Origin: an uncultured Eubacteriales bacterium
GTDB taxonomy: Bacteria; Bacillota; Clostridia; Oscillospirales; Acutalibacteraceae
Reading direction: 5' to 3'
Assembly: GCA_900317875.1 (NCBI GenBank)
Contig: ONIJ01000188.1
Coordinates: 1 to 51,906 of the forward strand
Length of the DNA: 51,906 nucleotides
Within the stretch, counting starts at the first letter, position 1. The number at the start of each line of letters is the position of its first letter. The position numbers and the translations under genes are program-made. The notes below the pieces were generated by a model. That model had not been told where the DNA came from and did no database searches. It saw nothing but the letters and a program-made list of their open reading frames with translations. This document shows, piece by piece, positions 47,199 through 51,906 of this stretch.

Positions 47199-49406
47199 AT
47201 GAACAAATTAATGACATTCGACAAGTACAGAGTGTTTGAAACCGAATTTGCGGGCAGACCTCTGAAGGTTGAAACAGGCAAGATGACACAGCTTGCAAAC
47301 GGCGCCTGCCTCGTCACCTACGGCGACACCACGGTCCACTGTGCCGTTACCGCATCCGCAAAGCCCAGAGAGGGAGTGGATTTCTTCCCGCTCTCAGTTG
47401 ACTACGAGGAGAAGATGTACTCCGTTGGCAGAATTCCCGGCTCTTATCTCAAGAGAGAGGGCAGACCCACCGAGCACGCGATCCTCACAAGCCGTGTAAT
47501 CGACCGTCCTATCCGTCCGCTCTTTGACAAGAGTATGCGCAACGACGTATCGATCGTCTGCACCGTAATGAGCGTTGATCCCGACTGTCAGCCTGAGATC
47601 ATCGCTATGATCGGCGCTTCAATCGCTATCTCGATCTCCGACGTTCCGTGGAACGGTCCTATTTCGGGCTGCTCCGTGGGTATGGTTGACGGCGAGTTTG
47701 TAATCAATCCCACCGAGGAACAGCGCAAGGTCAGCAAGATGTCCACAACAGTCGCTTCAACCAGCGAGAGAATCGCTATGATTGAAGCGGGCGCCGACTG
47801 CGTATCCGACGAGGATATGTACAACGCTATTATGTTCGGCCACGAGGCTAACCAGAAGATCATCAGCTTCATCAACGAGATCAAGGCTGAGATCGGCAAG
47901 CCCAAGTTTGAGTTTGCGAGCCTTGAGCCCGACCACGATATGTTTGAGGCTATCAAGGCGTTCGCCGAGGAGGACGTTAAGGCCGCTCTCGACACTGACG
48001 ACAAGACTGTCCGTGACGAAAGACTCAAGCCCATCTATGAGGCGGTTCACGCTAAGTTTGACGAAATCTATCCCGAGCAGGAGGCTCTCATCGACGAGTG
48101 CCTTTACAAGACTCAGAAATTCATCGTCCGCCGCTGGCTGCTCGACGAGCAGAAGCGTGTTGACGGCAGAGAAATGGACGACATCCGTCCGCTCGCGAGC
48201 GAGGTTGCCGTACTTCCCAGAGTTCACGGTTCGGGTATGTTCACCAGAGGCCAGACTCAGGTTCTCACCGTTGCCACTCTCGGCTCGATCGGCGACAAGC
48301 AGCTTCTCGACGGAATTGACGGCGAGACCGAAAAGAGATATATCCACCACTACAACTTCCCGAGCTATTCGGTAGGCGAAACAAAGCCCAGCCGCGGTCC
48401 CGGCAGACGTGAAATCGGTCACGGCGCGCTCGCCGAAAGAGCGCTTCTCCCGGTAATTCCTTCCGTTGAGGACTTCCCGTATGCTCTCAGACTCGTTTCC
48501 GAGGTCCTTTCCTCCAACGGTTCCACTTCTCAGGGTTCGATCTGCGGCTCAACGCTTGCTCTTATGGACGCCGGCGTTCCGATCAAGGCTCCCGTTGCGG
48601 GTATCTCCTGCGGTCTTATCACCGAGGGCGAGCGCTGGATGACAATGGTTGACATCCAGGGCCTTGAGGACTTCTTCGGCGATATGGACTTCAAGGTAGC
48701 AGGTACTCACGAGGGTATCACCGCTATCCAGATGGACCTCAAAATCAGCGGTCTTACTCCCGAAATGGTTAAAGAAGCTCTCGAAAAGACTCATAAGGCG
48801 CGCCTGTTCATCCTCGATGAGGTAATGCTCAAGGCTATTGCCGAGCCTCGTCCCGAGCTCTCACCCTATGCTCCCAAGATGTACACCACTACCATTCCCG
48901 CAGACAAGATCAGCGAGGTCATCGGTAAGAGCGGCAAGGTCATCAAGGAGATCCAGGCAGAGTGCGAGGTTAAGGTCGACATCGAGGAAGACGGTGAAAT
49001 CGGTCAGGTATTCGTTGCAGGTCTTGACGCCGAAAAGTGCCAGCGCGCTATCGACATCATCCAGACGATCGCTTCCGATCCCGAGCCCGGTGCAATGTAT
49101 CTGGGCAAGGTCACCAGAATTATGGATTTCGGCGCTTTTGTTGAAATCGCTCCCGGCAAGGAAGGTCTTGTGCACGTTTCTCAGCTCGATGTAAAGCGCA
49201 CCGAGAATGTAACCGACGTTGTAAACGTAGGCGATATTATCCGCGTAATGGTTACCGAGATTGACGACAAGGGCAGACTCAACCTCAGCCGCCGTCAGGT
49301 TCTCATCGACGTTGACGGTCTCACTCCCGAGGATGACGGAGAGGACAAGCCCCGCCGTCCCCGCAGACCGGGAAACAACGACCGCAGAAGAGGCGGAAGA
49401 AGATAA
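47199..49406 (+). CDS. pnp: Polyribonucleotide nucleotidyltransferase (PNPase)
   Basis: FFPLSVDY, RPIRPLF, FTRGQTQ, RREIGHG, SNGS, GDMDFKVAG, KH and S1 domains. Confidence 0.98.
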   Translation: MNKLMTFDKYRVFETEFAGRPLKVETGKMTQLANGACLVTYGDTTVHCAVTASAKPREGVDFFPLSVDYEEKMYSVGRIPGSYLKREGRPTEHAILTSRVIDRPIRPLFDKSMRNDVSIVCTVMSVDPDCQPEIIAMIGASIAISISDVPWNGPISGCSVGMVDGEFVINPTEEQRKVSKMSTTVASTSERIAMIEAGADCVSDEDMYNAIMFGHEANQKIISFINEIKAEIGKPKFEFASLEPDHDMFEAIKAFAEEDVKAALDTDDKTVRDERLKPIYEAVHAKFDEIYPEQEALIDECLYKTQKFIVRRWLLDEQKRVDGREMDDIRPLASEVAVLPRVHGSGMFTRGQTQVLTVATLGSIGDKQLLDGIDGETEKRYIHHYNFPSYSVGETKPSRGPGRREIGHGALAERALLPVIPSVEDFPYALRLVSEVLSSNGSTSQGSICGSTLALMDAGVPIKAPVAGISCGLITEGERWMTMVDIQGLEDFFGDMDFKVAGTHEGITAIQMDLKISGLTPEMVKEALEKTHKARLFILDEVMLKAIAEPRPELSPYAPKMYTTTIPADKISEVIGKSGKVIKEIQAECEVKVDIEEDGEIGQVFVAGLDAEKCQRAIDIIQTIASDPEPGAMYLGKVTRIMDFGAFVEIAPGKEGLVHVSQLDVKRTENVTDVVNVGDIIRVMVTEIDDKGRLNLSRRQVLIDVDGLTPEDDGEDKPRRPRRPGNNDRRRGGRR

Positions 49407-49425
49407 ATTATCTTAAAATAATTTT

Positions 49426-49455
49426 AAGGCGCACCCGTAAGGATGCGCCTTTTTT
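49426..49455 (+). terminator. Terminator after pnp
   Basis: AAGGCGCA.CC/GG.TGCGCCTT stem plus T run. Confidence 0.75.
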
Positions 49456-49460
49456 GTGCA

Positions 49461-49491
49461 AAGAAAAGCGGCTGTAAAAACACAGCCGCTT
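49461..49491 (-). terminator. Terminator after ilvE
   Basis: AAGCGGCTGT/ACAGCCGCTT stem with a T-rich tail on the minus strand. Confidence 0.7.
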
Positions 49492-49509
49492 AAATATTCT
49501 AATAAGGAA

Positions 49510-50535
49510 TTATTCGATAACCTTGATCCATCCTTCGGGAGCTTCGATCTTGCCCATCTGAATGCCTGTAAGTGTTTCATACAGCTTTTTGGTGACCGGA
49601 CCCATTTCTTCCATACCGCTTGGGAAGCAGATCTCCTTGCCGTGGTCAACAATCTTGCCGACGGGAGAGATAACCGCAGCAGTACCGCACAGTCCGCACT
49701 CGGCAAAGTCTTTGACCTCGTCGAAGTAAACCTCTCTCTGCTCAACCTCAAGACCGAGATAATGCTCAGCAACATACATCAGTGAGCGGCGTGTGATTGA
49801 GGGGAGAATGCTGTTTGATTTCGGAGTTACAACCTTGCCGTCCTTTGTAACAAACAGGAAGTTGGCGCCGCCTGTTTCCTCAACCTTTGTGCGTGTTGCG
49901 GCGTCGAGGTACATATTCTCGTCAAAGCCTTCCTCGTGAGCGGTAACAATTGCGTGCAGGCTCATTGCGTAGTTCAAACCTGCCTTGATGTGACCGGTGC
50001 CGTGAGGAGCTGCTCTGTCAAAGTCTGATACTTTGATCGTAATGGGCTTTGCGCCGCCCTTGAAGTAGGGGCCAACGGGAGTTGCGAAAACGCGGAACTG
50101 ATATTCTTCAGCGGGCTTTACGCCGATTACGGAGCTGGAGCCGAAGATAAAGGGGCGAAGATAAAGAGTAGCGCCTGTTCCGTAGGGAGGAACATAGTCT
50201 GCATTCGCCTTTACAACCTTCTCAACAGCGTCCAGAAATCTTTCCTGCGGGAACGCCGGGATCTCAAGGCGCTTTGCGCTCTCCTCAAGACGCTGAGCGT
50301 TGAGGTCGGGACGGAAGACAACGATCTTGCCGTCAACGGTGGTGTATGCCTTCAAGCCTTCAAAAACGGTCTGAGCATACTGCAGAACTCCTGCGCACTC
50401 GCTCATCGTGATGGTGGAATCGGTGGTCATTACACCGTCGTCCCACTTTCCGTCCTTGTAGTTGGAAACATAACGCTCTCCTGTCGGAATGTAGGCAAAT
50501 CCAAGGTTTGTCCAATCAATGTTTTGTTTTGCCAT
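49510..50535 (-). CDS. ilvE: Branched-chain amino acid aminotransferase
   Basis: YAQTVFEGLKAY, FRPD.N, LYLRP, KAGLNY, EETGGANF, ILPSITR, GTAAVISP. Confidence 0.95.
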   Translation of the reverse strand: MAKQNIDWTNLGFAYIPTGERYVSNYKDGKWDDGVMTTDSTITMSECAGVLQYAQTVFEGLKAYTTVDGKIVVFRPDLNAQRLEESAKRLEIPAFPQERFLDAVEKVVKANADYVPPYGTGATLYLRPFIFGSSSVIGVKPAEEYQFRVFATPVGPYFKGGAKPITIKVSDFDRAAPHGTGHIKAGLNYAMSLHAIVTAHEEGFDENMYLDAATRTKVEETGGANFLFVTKDGKVVTPKSNSILPSITRRSLMYVAEHYLGLEVEQREVYFDEVKDFAECGLCGTAAVISPVGKIVDHGKEICFPSGMEEMGPVTKKLYETLTGIQMGKIEAPEGWIKVIE

Positions 50536-50677
50536 GTATATTACTCCTTTACGTTAAATTAAAAATCTACCGAAATTTATTTTAGCACTCTAATATATTG
50601 ATATAATTCCGTATTAGAAAAATAGTAAGATAAATGAATAGTATAATGCTAATATATGCAAAATTGAGGGTGAAACT

Positions 50678-51778
50678 ATGGCTGAAACAATAAAAATCGT
50701 GCTCACAGGAGGACCGTGCGCAGGAAAAACTTCTGCAATTGCAACGCTGAAAAATCAGTTGAAGCAGTACGGAGTTAAGGTTTTTGCGGTAAATGAGCAG
50801 GCGACGGCGCTGAAGGAAGCCGGAAGAACTCCCGAAAATATGGGTTCGTTTGAGTTCCACAGCCTGCTTTTCAAAAATCAGCTCGCCGAGGAAGAAAACG
50901 CTTTGAGCCTTGCCCGAGAATCGGAGGCGAAAAAGGCGGTTGTGCTCTGCGACAGGGGACTTCTCGACAGCCGCGCCTATGTGAGCGAGGAAGAGTTCGG
51001 GCGATATTCCTCCGAATCAGGCTTCAGCGAAGAGAGCATCCGAAACCGTTACGACGCGGTATTTCATCTTGTAACCGCCGCCGAAGGTGCACGTGAGAGC
51101 TACACTCTGAAAAATAATTCCGCAAGAAGTGAGGATATTGAGCAGGCGTGCGCACTCGACAGGAAAATTATGTCACTTTGGGTAGGTACTCAGCATTTGC
51201 GCGTAATAGACAACAGCACGGGCTTCAAAGAAAAGCTTGAACGCTTAACTCAAGAGGTGCTCGCGGTTCTCGGAATACCCGAGCCGCTTGAAATTGAGAG
51301 AAAATTCCTTATAGAATATCCCGATTTGCAATTGCTCGATGAAATGGAGGTCTGCCGCAGGATCCCGATTACGCAGGCATATCTCACAACACCGGAGGAA
51401 GGCCGTTTCCGAATCAGAAAGAGGGGAGATGGCGGCGATGTGCTCTATATTAAAACCGTAAAGCACAAAATCAATGATTTGATAAGAATTGAAATCGAGG
51501 ATTATATTTCTGAAAAAGAATTTTATTCCTATCTGAACCGCAGGGAATGCATTGAGGGAATAATATCAAAGGACAGATATTGCTTTGTATGGGACTCACA
51601 GTATTTTGAACTGGACGTTTATCCGTTCTGGCGCGACAGAGCGACGCTTGAGCTTGAGCTGCTCAGTGAGAACCAGCAGTACCGCCTGCCTGACTTTGTA
51701 AAGCTGATAAGAGATGTCAGCTTGGAAAAAGAATACCGAAATAAGCACCTTGCAATTGTGTACGGTCAACAAATTTGA
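50678..51778 (+). CDS. P-loop (NadR/Ttd14-like AAA) domain fused to a CYTH domain
   Basis: KIVLTGGPCAGKTS, LCDRGLLD, RYDAVFHLVTAA; C-terminal EIERKFL, RIRKR, KDRY, FELDVY. Confidence 0.8.
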   Translation: MAETIKIVLTGGPCAGKTSAIATLKNQLKQYGVKVFAVNEQATALKEAGRTPENMGSFEFHSLLFKNQLAEEENALSLARESEAKKAVVLCDRGLLDSRAYVSEEEFGRYSSESGFSEESIRNRYDAVFHLVTAAEGARESYTLKNNSARSEDIEQACALDRKIMSLWVGTQHLRVIDNSTGFKEKLERLTQEVLAVLGIPEPLEIERKFLIEYPDLQLLDEMEVCRRIPITQAYLTTPEEGRFRIRKRGDGGDVLYIKTVKHKINDLIRIEIEDYISEKEFYSYLNRRECIEGIISKDRYCFVWDSQYFELDVYPFWRDRATLELELLSENQQYRLPDFVKLIRDVSLEKEYRNKHLAIVYGQQI

Positions 51779-51796
51779 CATTTTTCGAAAAAACTA

Positions 51797-51825
51797 TTGA
51801 CAATAGAGGCAGTTGCGGATATAAT
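51797..51825 (+). promoter_or_regulatory. Consensus sigma-A promoter of the tRNA gene
   Basis: TTGACA-N17-TATAAT. Confidence 0.8.
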
Positions 51826-51849
51826 ATAAAGGCTGACTTGTTCAGATAT

Positions 51850-51906
51850 GCGCCAATAGCTCAGCTGGATAGAGCAACTGCCTTCTAAGCAGTAGGTCAG
51901 GGGTTC
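51850..51906 (+). tRNA. tRNA-Arg(UCU), truncated by the window end
   Basis: GCGCCAA acceptor strand, D-arm GCTC..GAGC, anticodon arm ACTGC-CT-TCT-AA-GCAGT, start of T-loop GGTTC. Confidence 0.92.

Noticed and set aside
50536-50677. T-box or CodY control of ilvE
   Set aside because: Region is too short and AT-rich for a T-box; the best CodY-like match has 4 mismatches.
51850-51906. tRNA-Arg as an integration site
   Set aside because: The 3' end lies outside the window and I saw no duplicate att-like copy inside it.

Overview
Chromosomal window from a spore-forming, Clostridia-type bacterium (gene style suggests Oscillospiraceae/Ruminococcus-like; inferred, not searched). It is mostly housekeeping genes (rnj-gdpP-rplI-dnaB-tilS-hpt-ftsH, uvrA, cca, pgm, pfkA, pcrA, rpsO-pnp, ilvE, a truncated tRNA-Arg) and sporulation genes (spoIVB-spo0A, spoIIGA-sigE). 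I saw no integrase, transposase, prophage or CRISPR array. Best candidate for an undescribed system: a minus-strand, Dlt-like envelope-acylation operon at 23.7-29.5 kb (adenylation enzyme, carrier protein, PLP decarboxylase, MBOAT with a fused tyrosine-shuttle tail, DltD/SGNH-like protein). Its adenylation domain lacks the alpha-amino-binding Asp, and it is followed by a ~1000-aa acyltransferase-3/GT-C-like fusion. The inferred activity is carrier-bound decarboxylation of an amino acid and transfer of a non-D-Ala aminoacyl group to a surface polymer. Second highlight: Spo0A has Glu at the phospho-acceptor position 56 and a perfect palindrome lies over its promoter. Also notable: an S41 peptidase whose membrane anchor is frameshifted off, a catalytically degenerate beta-lactamase-fold lipoprotein, a P-type ATPase lacking the TM4 Glu, and a small ORF whose promoter overlaps the spoIIG promoter. 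All family calls come from motif recognition by eye; no database searches were run.
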